IMG/VR virus record: IMGVR_UViG_3300049137_000054
Coordinates: 1 to 29,969 of that record
Length of the DNA: 29,969 bases
From: a virus
Lineage: Duplodnaviria; Caudoviricetes
Direction: 5' to 3' (one strand)
Position numbers and translations under genes: made by a program. Of the stretch, positions 1 through 7,337 are shown in pieces. The notes below the pieces were generated by a model. That model was not told the DNA's origin. It was given only the letters and a program-made list of their open reading frames with translations, and did no database searches. Position 1 is the stretch's first letter, and each line of letters begins with the position of its first letter.

Positions 1-256
1 CGCGCCAGCGCGCGGCCTGCCTGGGGGAGCGGCGTCCGCGGGCATCGGCCGCGGCGAGCAGGGCATCGACCAGGTCGACGGCGTCGGCGGAGCCGCCGGG
101 GAGGCGGAGCATGGTGGCCATCAGCGGCGGCCTGCGGGTCTGGTGGGCATCGGGGTCCTGTCTGCGGAGGGCAGTGTGCGGAATCCAGGGGGCCGGCAGG
201 CGTGGGACGCCCGGCCGGACGGTGTCGAGGAGCGCCTGCAGCGCGGCGACGGTCAT
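1..256 (-). CDS. Hypothetical phage protein, 3'-truncated by the window edge
   Basis: ATG at 256 overlaps the upstream TGA (ATGA). The frame stays open to base 1: MTVAALQALLDTVRPG...MATMLRLPGGSADAVDLVDALLAAADAR. Confidence 0.55.
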   Translation of the reverse strand, partial: MTVAALQALLDTVRPGVPRLPAPWIPHTALRRQDPDAHQTRRPPLMATMLRLPGGSADAVDLVDALLAAADARGRRSPRQAARWR

Positions 257-453
257 GGGGAGATGGCGATCTCGGCGAGCGGGACGCCGGCCGCGAGCTG
301 GCGGTGGAGCTCGATGAGTCGGGGCGTGGCGCTGCGGTCCCGACGCTTGAGGGCGCGCTGGGCAGTCCAGGGCAACTGGTTCCAGCAGGACAGGCAGAGG
401 TACTTGCCGCGGGCCTTCGGATGGCGGCATGACGGGCATGGCGTGGGCTGCAC
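253..453 (-). CDS. Small zinc-finger protein (66 aa)
   Basis: GTG at 453 follows AGGAGG. CPSC...CLSCW motif; coupled to the next gene by ATGA. It is the 3' part of track ORF 253..624. Confidence 0.7.
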   Translation of the reverse strand: MQPTPCPSCRHPKARGKYLCLSCWNQLPWTAQRALKRRDRSATPRLIELHRQLAAGVPLAEIAISP

Positions 454-467
454 GGTGGTCCTCCTGC

Positions 468-516
468 GGGGCGGAATCGTCGGGCCTATGGCCTCGGACA
501 GGGCGGCGTAGTGCTG
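468..516. repeat. Direct repeat copy A flanking the HNH-like gene
   Basis: 44/49 nt identical to 1096-1144 by manual alignment. Looser similarity continues to the RBS and GTG at 451-466. Confidence 0.9.
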
Positions 517-1073
517 CCCTCGGCGGCACGCTTGCGCTTGCTTTCGAGGTGGCAGGCGTGGCAGTAGGCGACACCGTCCGGCGCGTATCGGCCGTGCGCG
601 GCTTGGTCGTGCCCTTGCCTGCACGTGGGCTTTCGCTCCTGGCCGCCCGTCAGGTAGCGCAGCTGCTCGCGGACCTGCGTCCGGCCGGCCTCGTCATCGA
701 CGTGGTCGGGAGCCACGCAGTGCCGCAGGCCGCACTCGGCGTACGCGTAGCCCTGCGGCGGCCGGCCGTGCTTGATGCGGAAGGCGATGGCCGCTGCGGT
801 GTGGCGTTCTTTGCCGTACACCAGGACCGGCGTACCGCTCGTCGACTGCCTGCTCCCCGTCCACTCGAGGTGGCCGTCGCCGACGGGGCGGGTCTTGGTC
901 GCCCACTTCTCCTCGAGGGACAGCGGCTGCGCCGGGCGGTCCGGGATACCGAGGTCACGGCGGATGTCGCTGACGCGGTGCCGGTCGCAGCGCAGGCGGC
1001 GGGCGATCTCCGAGTTGGAGAGGTCCCGCTGCAGCAGCTCGACGATCTGCTCGCGGGTGGCGTTCATGTACAC
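486..1073 (-). CDS. HTH plus degenerate HNH (His-Me finger, Zn-binding loop type) protein
   Basis: N-terminal HTH (LSNSEIARRLRCDRHRVSDIRR), then HLEWTG, CGLRHCVAPDHV and a C-terminal CRQGH...CHAC zinc module. Start is GTG 1073 (after GAGGAGG) or ATG 1067 (ATGA overlap). Confidence 0.75.
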   Translation of the reverse strand: MYMNATREQIVELLQRDLSNSEIARRLRCDRHRVSDIRRDLGIPDRPAQPLSLEEKWATKTRPVGDGHLEWTGSRQSTSGTPVLVYGKERHTAAAIAFRIKHGRPPQGYAYAECGLRHCVAPDHVDDEAGRTQVREQLRYLTGGQERKPTCRQGHDQAAHGRYAPDGVAYCHACHLESKRKRAAEGSTTPPCPRP

Positions 1074-1276
1074 GGTTGCCTCCTCTTACGGGGCGGGGGC
1101 GGGATCTTCGGGCCGATGGCCTCGGCGAGGGCGGCGTAGTGCTGAGGGGCGGCGTAGTCCCGACGGATGGGCTCGCCGTTGCTGTGCGTCGGGCGCTCCC
1201 AGTCGCCGCCGAAGGGGACGATCGGCCACCACTCGGCGAGCAGCGCCCGCAGCTCCGGCTCGGCCGGGGCGGTCAC
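1064..1276 (-). CDS. Hypothetical protein (70 aa)
   Basis: GTGA overlap with the upstream gene at 1273-1276. MTAPAEPELRALLAEWWP...QHYAALAEAIGPKIPP. Confidence 0.65.
   Translation of the reverse strand: MTAPAEPELRALLAEWWPIVPFGGDWERPTHSNGEPIRRDYAAPQHYAALAEAIGPKIPPPPRKRRQPCT
1096..1144. repeat. Direct repeat copy B flanking the HNH-like gene
   Basis: 44/49 nt identical to 468-516; encodes QHYAALAEAIGPKIP in frame. Confidence 0.9.
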
Positions 1277-1584
1277 CGCGGCCGCCAGGGCGTCGGGCGG
1301 ACACCGGTCCTCGTACGGGCGCCCGGGCGGGTGCTGCGCCGGGCCGGGGGCGCCTTGCAGGTGGCGAAGTGGGGCATGGCCTGCCACTCGTTGTGCTCGA
1401 GCGTCGGGCGCTCCTTGGTGAGCGCCCGGGAGCGGACCCGGCCGGTGCCGTCGGTGTAGACGGCGAGGTTGCCGTCCGTGCTGGGCTCGGCGTCCACCGG
1501 GAGACGCCTCGCGGCCGCGGTCACGGTCCAGCGAATCGGGGCGTAGCAGCTGGGGCAGAGCGTCACGTCGTGGTCAGTGGGCAT
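1273..1584 (-). CDS. Actinophage zinc-ribbon protein (103 aa)
   Basis: ATG 1584 after GAGGAGG. The CPSCYAPIRW...LPVDAEP...GN...HFATC pattern is common in actinophage early genes. Confidence 0.75.
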   Translation of the reverse strand: MPTDHDVTLCPSCYAPIRWTVTAAARRLPVDAEPSTDGNLAVYTDGTGRVRSRALTKERPTLEHNEWQAMPHFATCKAPPARRSTRPGARTRTGVRPTPWRPR

Positions 1585-3103
1585 CGGGGGCCTCCTCTGG
1601 GCCGTATCCGTCGAGTCGGTTGAGCTCCTGGGCGACGCGCTGCAGGCCGTAGATGCGGCCGGCGGCCGCGGGGCCGTAGGCGGTGATCGCGGCACGGACG
1701 CTGTCGGGCGTCGCTGTCTGGCGCAGGGCCTGGCGCTGCGCCCGGGTCAGGTCGGGCACGGCAGGCCCGTCCGGTGGCCGGGGCGGCAGAGTGATCGGAT
1801 CCGGTGCGGCCGGTGCCGGCGGCGGTGGCTGCTCCTCGAGGGGCGCGGCCGCAGGCTGTGCGGCGAGCGTGATGTCGAGGCAGACCTGGCAGGCCTGGCC
1901 GGTGTGCCAGAGCACGCCGTCCTCGCACACGTCGAGCCCGCATCCCCGCCGGGGCAGGCCTGCGCCGAGGATCCAGCGCCCGCCGTCCCGCACGGTGTCC
2001 GTGGTGGCGTAGCGGCGCTGCAGGCGCTCGGTGATCCGGCGCATCCCGGTACCGGCCGCCAGCTGCGCCGCGATCTCTGCCTCGATCCGGCGGACCACGA
2101 ACGGCCTGCAGCCGTCGAGGAGGTGCCGTACGGGCTCGAGGACTGTCCACGCTCGGGCGGACAGCGAAGGACCGGAACCGTCGCCGGAGCTCCCGCCCTT
2201 GGCGCCGCTTGTGCCCTGGCCCCGTGCCGACCGGAAGATGCCCGGGGCCGGGTTATCCACAGGCCCTCGCGCTACCTCCTGCAGACGCCTACGGCGGATC
2301 CCACCACTGCCCCCTGCGCTCGTCTTGAGTCGGTCAATCCTGGGGTCTTCCTCAGACAGGGATCCGTCGTGATCGTCGGGACCGGATCCGTCATGAATGT
2401 CAGGAGACGCAGCCACAGGGTGCAGGGGCCGGAGGTGGGCCTCGTAGGCGTGGCGGCCCTGCAGGCCCTCGCGCTCGCGGACGGTGGCCCAGCCGGTGGC
2501 GCCGAGCTCCTCGACCAGGCGCGCGATCTGCCGGTCGCCGAGCGGTTCGCCGGCGGCGCGGCCGCCCTGGTGGACGAGGACGCCGCCCATGTCGCTGTAC
2601 GCGAGGGGCTGGCGGCGGGTCTGGGCGTAGGAGATGAGCGCGTACAGGCGCAGCAGGCGCGGCGGCAGGGCCGTGCCCGCACGGGCGGGCAGCCAGACGA
2701 ACAGCTCGTCCGGCTCGGCCTGGCGCACGACGCGGTGTGCCGAGTCGCCCTGTCCGCCGCGTTTCGTGCGGCGGGTCGTGGCAACCTCCACCAGGCCGTC
2801 GACACTGTCGGGCCGGGTGAGCTGACGCAGGGCCCGCTCCACGACGGACTTGGACATGCCGAGGTACTCGGCGAGCGTCTCGACTCGAGCCGTGCAGCCC
2901 TCCGAACGGAGGCCAAGTGCTGCGATCTTGATGTAGACGGCCAGGGCAGCATCGCTGTACTGGACGCCTACAACGAGACGCAGAGGTACGCGGATACGCA
3001 GGCCGCCGCCGGCGCGCGGGCGCGTCCCGGCGGCCGCGGCTGCGGCTGCTCGAGGGCGCGCTGCAGCAGCACCAGGTGCTGCGTGCGCGACGGCGGCGGA
3101 CAT
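1574..3103 (-). CDS. Putative replication initiator with two winged-HTH regions
   Basis: ALAVYIKIAAL...VETLAEYLGMSKSVVERALRQL HTH; a second wHTH-like region (LRLYALISY...IARLVEELGATGW); linker with DNA repeats and a DnaA box; C-terminal Cys cluster (CGLDVCEDG...CQVC). Confidence 0.7.
   Translation of the reverse strand: MSAAVAHAAPGAAAARPRAAAAAAAGTRPRAGGGLRIRVPLRLVVGVQYSDAALAVYIKIAALGLRSEGCTARVETLAEYLGMSKSVVERALRQLTRPDSVDGLVEVATTRRTKRGGQGDSAHRVVRQAEPDELFVWLPARAGTALPPRLLRLYALISYAQTRRQPLAYSDMGGVLVHQGGRAAGEPLGDRQIARLVEELGATGWATVREREGLQGRHAYEAHLRPLHPVAASPDIHDGSGPDDHDGSLSEEDPRIDRLKTSAGGSGGIRRRRLQEVARGPVDNPAPGIFRSARGQGTSGAKGGSSGDGSGPSLSARAWTVLEPVRHLLDGCRPFVVRRIEAEIAAQLAAGTGMRRITERLQRRYATTDTVRDGGRWILGAGLPRRGCGLDVCEDGVLWHTGQACQVCLDITLAAQPAAAPLEEQPPPPAPAAPDPITLPPRPPDGPAVPDLTRAQRQALRQTATPDSVRAAITAYGPAAAGRIYGLQRVAQELNRLDGYGPEEAPDAH
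2253..2261 (+). promoter_or_regulatory. Perfect DnaA box TTATCCACA
   Basis: Exact consensus inside the initiator gene (encodes PVDN on the minus strand); AT-rich 9-mer in a very GC-rich context. Confidence 0.7.
2360..2405. repeat. Tandem iteron-like repeat (2 x 22 nt, 24-nt period)
   Basis: ggatccgtcgtgatcgtcggga versus ggatccgtcatgaatgtcagga, 18/22 identical; encodes PDIHDGSG/PDDHDGS. Confidence 0.65.
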
Positions 3104-3129
3104 GTACGTCTCCGGTCTGTGATGGCGGG

Positions 3130-3579
3130 TCAGGATGCGGAAGCGGGGCCGCGGCAGATCCGCAGGTGGCGGGAGCGGTAGGCCAGGGCCACCGCATGTG
3201 CGCGGGTGCGGGCGCCGTAGTGGGCGACGACCTGGTTGCGGTACCGCCGGGCCGTGCTCTCTGAGCAGAAGCTGCGACGGGCGATCTCGCGGACGTTCAT
3301 CCCTTCAGCCATCAGCCGCAGGACCTGGTGCAGGTGGCTGGGCAGGGGCGGCAGGGGAACGTCTTCAGCAGGAGGGAGCCAGCCGAGCCAGAAAGCGGTA
3401 CGCATGATGGCGTCCCGGTTCGGCTCGGCGTAGGCGCGGCAGAAGGCCGAGAGATAGTTCGTGAACGTGGACCGCTTCACGCCGAGGTCGGCCGCGATCT
3501 CCTCGTCCCGCCTGCCTTCGGCCAGGCCGGCCACGAGCAGGGCCAGTCGGGCGGGGCCGATGGTGTCGCCAGTGATCAT
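3130..3579 (-). CDS. Regulator with two tandem LuxR-type HTH domains
   Basis: LAEGRRDEEIAADLGVKRSTF...NRDAIMRTAFWLGWL and VLRLMAEGMNVREIARRSFCSESTARRY...GARTRAHAVALAYR. Confidence 0.85.
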   Translation of the reverse strand: MITGDTIGPARLALLVAGLAEGRRDEEIAADLGVKRSTFTNYLSAFCRAYAEPNRDAIMRTAFWLGWLPPAEDVPLPPLPSHLHQVLRLMAEGMNVREIARRSFCSESTARRYRNQVVAHYGARTRAHAVALAYRSRHLRICRGPASAS

Positions 3580-3595
3580 GCGGGAAGTCCGTTCA

Positions 3596-4006
3596 TCACT
3601 TGCGGCGAAGGCCGGGCAGGAGCAGGGCGGGGATTGCGAGGCGCATCGGACAGACCTCGTAGGCGCGGAACTTGTCGCGGGCGCTGTTGCGGCGGATCCA
3701 GCCGCGCTCGAGGAGCGCGGTCAGCGCAACGGCGACCTGGCCGCGGGACAGCCGGGTCTCGGCGACCAGGCCGTCGAGGAGGGGCTGCCGGGAGCCGGGG
3801 ATGGAGCCGGTGTCGTAGGCGGCGTGGGTGGCGAGCGTGAGCGCGACCAGACGGTGGTGGGCGATCAGGGAGGAGCGGCGGATGCCTCGCTCCCACAGGA
3901 GCCGGAACGGCTCGTCCGGCAGCTCGACCACGCGCTCGGCGAGAGCCCTGTCAGCGGCCCGGTTGGCCAGCGTCAGCGGAGTCGGGCGGGATGGTGCGGT
4001 CGTCAT
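3596..4006 (-). CDS. Winged-HTH DNA-binding protein
   Basis: RLVALTLATHA...LVAETRLSRGQVAVALTALLERGWI resembles the wHTH of phage initiator N-termini. Confidence 0.75.
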   Translation of the reverse strand: MTTAPSRPTPLTLANRAADRALAERVVELPDEPFRLLWERGIRRSSLIAHHRLVALTLATHAAYDTGSIPGSRQPLLDGLVAETRLSRGQVAVALTALLERGWIRRNSARDKFRAYEVCPMRLAIPALLLPGLRRK

Positions 4007-4205
4007 GGGTCGGCTCCTGGTCCTCGAGGGCGAGCTGGTTGAGGTAGTTGCCTGCCGGCCAGCCGGGCCCGGGCGGGATCTCCGGCAGGCCGCGCAGCGC
4101 GCGGGGGGTGTGAAGGGTGCAGCGCCAGCCGCCCACGAACAGCCGGTTGTGGACGCCGTGCGGCAGTTGGGGGTAGTCGCACGGCTTCCGGCGGCGGGCG
4201 CTCAC
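3951..4205 (-). CDS. Small Cys/His protein (84 aa)
   Basis: GTGA overlap at 4202-4205; CDYPQLPHG...GGWRCTLHTPRALRG motif. Overlaps the next gene by 56 nt. Confidence 0.6.
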   Translation of the reverse strand: MSARRRKPCDYPQLPHGVHNRLFVGGWRCTLHTPRALRGLPEIPPGPGWPAGNYLNQLALEDQEPTHDDRTIPPDSADAGQPGR

Positions 4206-4504
4206 CGGCTGGAGGGGGTGGCGCAGTGCTCGCACACCAGCCGGCCGTCGGCGCCGGGGACGTGCACGGTCTCCATGTGGCCGCAGGCCAGCGAGTGACA
4301 CGGCAGGTACCTGGCGGCCGGGGCGACCAGCTGCTGCACCAGCTGCTCGCGCCGGCGGGCCGTACGGACCAGGCCCACCAGCCAGGCGCGGCCTCCCTGC
4401 AGGAACCGCAGGAACGCGATCACGATCAGGGCCAAGCCCACGCCGGTGGCCACCACACCGATGGCCATGACGGCCATGGCGGCACGGACTATCCAGTCAG
4501 GCAT
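4202..4504 (-). CDS. Membrane-anchored protein with C-terminal zinc-binding motif
   Basis: Hydrophobic N-terminal helix, then CHSLACGH...H...CEHC. Confidence 0.7.
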   Translation of the reverse strand: MPDWIVRAAMAVMAIGVVATGVGLALIVIAFLRFLQGGRAWLVGLVRTARRREQLVQQLVAPAARYLPCHSLACGHMETVHVPGADGRLVCEHCATPSSR

Positions 4505-4673
4505 CGGGGTCTCCGAGGAGCATCAGCAGGGCGGCGAGGGTGAGGGGGAGCCGGGCCCACGCCGCCCGCAGCCAGGCGGGCGTGATGTGCTCGGCGCGGG
4601 CCAGGCGAAGGCCCGGAGGGAAGGTCAGCGCGTACAGAGCGGTGGCCACGCCCAGCCACTGGAGCTCGCTCAC
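4497..4673 (-). CDS. Small hydrophobic protein (58 aa; below the ORF-track cutoff)
   Basis: GTGA overlap at 4670-4673. MSELQWLGVATALYALTFPPG...LPLTLAALLMLLGDPDA fills the gap between neighbouring genes. Confidence 0.65.
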   Translation of the reverse strand: MSELQWLGVATALYALTFPPGLRLARAEHITPAWLRAAWARLPLTLAALLMLLGDPDA

Positions 4674-5083
4674 CACTCGGCGTCCGGGTCGAAGTGATGC
4701 TCGGCGGTCTCCGTCGTGACGGTGTAGAGGGTGCTCACCGACTCGTCATCGAGTCGCACGGCCAGCTCGAGGACGGACGCGTCGTACTCGTCCACCGACC
4801 ACTCGAAGAACAGGGCCTGATCCGCCGGGTACTCGTCGCTGACGACTCCCTGGCAGTGCGCCTTGGCGGCCTCCACGTTGGAGTACAGGCCGCACTTCAT
4901 GTGGCTGTCGTAGTCCACGCGGTACACCAGCAGCGGCGCAGCCGGGACGGCCGGAGTGGACCCGCCCGCGGGCGGCTGGTCGCCGCCGCGGGTGTCCTTC
5001 TCCGTCGCGCCGATGCGGCCGAGCGGCACCGGGAGTGCGCCCATCTCGGCGACCGCGGCCGCCAGTTCCTCGCGGGCGCTCAC
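4670..5083 (-). CDS. Hypothetical phage protein
   Basis: Coupled by GTGA overlaps on both sides; acidic, globular C-terminal half. Confidence 0.75.
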   Translation of the reverse strand: MSAREELAAAVAEMGALPVPLGRIGATEKDTRGGDQPPAGGSTPAVPAAPLLVYRVDYDSHMKCGLYSNVEAAKAHCQGVVSDEYPADQALFFEWSVDEYDASVLELAVRLDDESVSTLYTVTTETAEHHFDPDAEW

Positions 5084-5451
5084 GTTTCGTCCTGCGTGAG
5101 GGTCCAGGCGACGACCTGGACGCCGCGGATCCGGGCCGTGGCCTCGGTGTAGGACCAGCCCTCGCGGGACTGGTGCGCCACCGTGGCGACCGGCACGTCG
5201 TAGGCGGTCGCGAACTCTCGCACCCTGGGCGGCGCTTCGGAGAACTGGAGACGGACCTCGTAGCCGCTGCCGTCGACCAGTTGGGTCGCGGACACCTCGC
5301 GGGGCATGCGGACCTGCAGGACGCCCACGGCGGCCTCGGCCGCGGCGAAGGCGTGCATCAGGGCGTCGCGCTGCTGCGGCTGGTTCCGTACGTCGCGGTC
5401 TTGGAGGGCGACCACTGCGCCCGGGGGAATGTCGCTAGGGTTGGTGCTCAC
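5080..5451 (-). CDS. Hypothetical phage protein
   Basis: GTG after AGAGAGG; coupled to the downstream gene; normal composition. Confidence 0.75.
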   Translation of the reverse strand: MSTNPSDIPPGAVVALQDRDVRNQPQQRDALMHAFAAAEAAVGVLQVRMPREVSATQLVDGSGYEVRLQFSEAPPRVREFATAYDVPVATVAHQSREGWSYTEATARIRGVQVVAWTLTQDET

Positions 5452-5481
5452 GGTGAGCCTCTCTGGGTTGAGGTGATCCGT

Positions 5482-5518
5482 AAGGGGTCGCTCGAGCCGG
5501 GAAGCGGAGCGGCCCCTT
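5482..5518 (-). terminator. Stem-loop after the first two early genes
   Basis: aaggggtcgctc ... gagcggcccctt inverted repeat in an intergenic gap. Confidence 0.5.
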
Positions 5519-5527
5519 TGACGTGCG

Positions 5528-5704
5528 CTATGCAGCGCGGGCGATCGGCGTGGGCGCCGATGTCGCGTAGGGGCGGTGCAGGGTGGCCATCTGGCTGATC
5601 TCGGCGTCCGTGAGCCGACAGGCCGGGCAGAGCAACGGATCCGTCTCGTGCTCGCAGTCGGCGGCGAGGCCGGCCTCGAAGGCTTCGGCCCGGGTGCGGA
5701 TCAT
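5528..5704 (-). CDS. Small Cys/His protein (58 aa)
   Basis: ATGA overlap with the Cro-like gene; CEH...CPAC motif. Confidence 0.7.
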   Translation of the reverse strand: MIRTRAEAFEAGLAADCEHETDPLLCPACRLTDAEISQMATLHRPYATSAPTPIARAA

Positions 5705-6015
5705 GACGCCGCCGATATGGCGGGGATACGCCCGTCCACGACGATCGCCTGGGCGCGGGGCACCCACAGGACGAGCAGGGCGACGCCGAGACGGTCGGCG
5801 ATTGCCTGGGCGATGTCGGCGGGCTGGGTGCGGGTGGCGCCGCTGAGCAGGCCGTCGATCGTGGACGACGGTATGCCGACGTCCTTGGCAAGCTGGCGGC
5901 CGCTGATGCTCTCGCCGGTGCCGGTGCGCTCCATGATCATGCGGAGCCGGTCGGGGCTGAAGAGACGGAGCCGCGGCTGCGGTCGTGCGGGTGCCGATGA
6001 TGCTGCAGGTTCCAT
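5701..6015 (-). CDS. Cro-like XRE HTH regulator
   Basis: SISGRQLAKDVGIPSSTIDGLLSG...AQAIADRLGV; divergent from the repressor; ATG 6015 after GAGGT. Confidence 0.85.
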   Translation of the reverse strand: MEPAASSAPARPQPRLRLFSPDRLRMIMERTGTGESISGRQLAKDVGIPSSTIDGLLSGATRTQPADIAQAIADRLGVALLVLWVPRAQAIVVDGRIPAISAAS

Positions 6016-6046
6016 GCGCCTACCTCGTGATCCCACTTGGGCGGTG

Positions 6047-6064
6047 TGCCTAAGTTTTTGGGCA
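6047..6064. promoter_or_regulatory. Operator 1 (TGCCTAAGTTTTTGGGCA)
   Basis: 18-bp imperfect palindrome TGYCYA-N6-TGGRCA, one of three in the divergent intergenic region. Confidence 0.75.
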
Positions 6065-6094
6065 GGGCCTCACGGTGGCACAGCTTGGGCGGGG

Positions 6095-6112
6095 TGTCCA
6101 GTTTTTTGGGCA
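6095..6112. promoter_or_regulatory. Operator 2 (TGTCCAGTTTTTTGGGCA)
   Basis: Same consensus; 6084-6112 matches 6036-6064 at 24/29 nt. Confidence 0.75.
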
Positions 6113-6172
6113 ATCCGCATGTGGGGGTTGCGTACCTATTCGGTCAACATCCGGAGGCCTACTGGCGTGGCG

Positions 6173-6190
6173 CGTCCAAATTCCTGGACA
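6173..6190. promoter_or_regulatory. Operator 3 (CGTCCAAATTCCTGGACA)
   Basis: Same consensus with one outer mismatch. Confidence 0.7.
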
Positions 6191-6294
6191 CTCTGCCTAG
6201 GAGGGGGCGCGGGTGTACGCGCTGAGCTGGGCCACAATGGATCAGCAGCACCTGCCACATGGGCACCCCCAGGCCCGTGTGAATCAGACAAGGG

Positions 6295-6720
6295 ATGGTC
6301 ATGGACGAGTCAGAGCGCAGGACCGACCTGAGTGACCTCGTGCGCGAACGCCTCGAGGCGCTACGGCTGAGCTACCGCGCCGCCGAGGAAATGTCCGCCG
6401 ACCCGGAAGGTCGCGAGGCCGGCCTCCTGTGGAAGCGCGGCACCCTCGAGAACCTGACCAAGGGCCAGCGAATCAAAGCGCCGACCCCCGGACAGTTGCG
6501 CGCCCTCGCCGTGATGATCCAAATGCCACTCCGCACCATCCAGGACGCAGCGGCCGGCCAATTCTTCGAGATGGACACCATCTGGAACGAGGACGGCGAC
6601 GCGCGCCTGGTCGCTCAGCGTTACGCCGAGATGTCCGAAGAGGACAAGGCGCGCCTACGCGCCATCGTCGAGTCCTGGGGCGTCAAGAGCGCCATCCCCC
6701 GTACGGGTGACAATAAGTGA
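6295..6720 (+). CDS. Immunity repressor (XRE-like HTH, no S24 peptidase domain)
   Basis: LSDLVRERLEALRLSYRAAEE...RGTLENLTKG...PTPGQLRALA; divergent from the Cro-like gene and near the integrase. Start may be 6301. Confidence 0.8.
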   Translation: MVMDESERRTDLSDLVRERLEALRLSYRAAEEMSADPEGREAGLLWKRGTLENLTKGQRIKAPTPGQLRALAVMIQMPLRTIQDAAAGQFFEMDTIWNEDGDARLVAQRYAEMSEEDKARLRAIVESWGVKSAIPRTGDNK

Positions 6721-6813
6721 GTTTCATGTAGCAGCTAGTCAGACCGCGTTCCGCGCGGCACGATGGTGCCCTGCCTGGGAGTGGAAGATCGAAGTCCGCA
6801 AACGGCCCTCGAT

Positions 6814-6829
6814 TCGAACTGACGTACGG
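6814..6829. promoter_or_regulatory. Candidate LexA (SOS) box overlapping a -10 element
   Basis: TCGAAC-TGAC-GTACGG versus the actinobacterial consensus TCGAAC-N4-GTTCGA (2 mismatches). Overlaps TACGGT (TANNNT) at 6825-6830. Confidence 0.5.
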
Positions 6830-6871
6830 TGTGAGGGTCGGGTGCGGTACGGCGCGGGGAGGTATGCACCA

Positions 6872-7336
6872 ATGCATGAGGTGTCCAGCGGGAACGTGGG
6901 TGCGAGCATCCAGTTCGAGGGCGTTTCCCCCGACAAGCTGCCCCCAGGCAGAGTCTGTGACGTGCGCGAAGGGCAAGGATGGCTCGCCGTACGAATGAAT
7001 GAACGGGAGGTCACGCCGCAGCTGCTGCGCCAGCTGAACCGGAAGTGCCAGCTCCTCCTGGGGCAGGAGCGGTGGGCGCAGACGGAGATGGAAGACGACC
7101 ATCGAATCGAACAGCCTGCCGAGGGTCGGGAGATAGCCACCTCATCGTGGCACCGGCTCCGCGACGATCAGCTGCCAGAGGGGGAGCTGTGCGTGTTCGT
7201 AGAACTCGAAGGTTGCTGCTTCGGACTGATCCACGAAGATCACCTCACGCAGCAGCTGTGCGACGAGATCAACGATTACCTGGCCCGCCTCGTCGGAGAC
7301 GGGCTCTGGCGGCAGCACTGGCCCGACAAGAACTGA
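6872..7336 (+). CDS. Internally duplicated protein (154 aa); candidate antirepressor
   Basis: ATG 6872 lies 8 nt after GGAGGT. Two 50-aa units are 16/50 identical without gaps. Located between repressor and integrase. Confidence 0.7.
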   Translation: MHEVSSGNVGASIQFEGVSPDKLPPGRVCDVREGQGWLAVRMNEREVTPQLLRQLNRKCQLLLGQERWAQTEMEDDHRIEQPAEGREIATSSWHRLRDDQLPEGELCVFVELEGCCFGLIHEDHLTQQLCDEINDYLARLVGDGLWRQHWPDKN

Positions 7337-7337
7337 G

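Noticed and set aside
7225-7245. IHEDH as an ImmA/IrrE metalloprotease site
   Set aside because: Spacing is HExH rather than HExxH, and the first repeat unit has NERE at the equivalent position.
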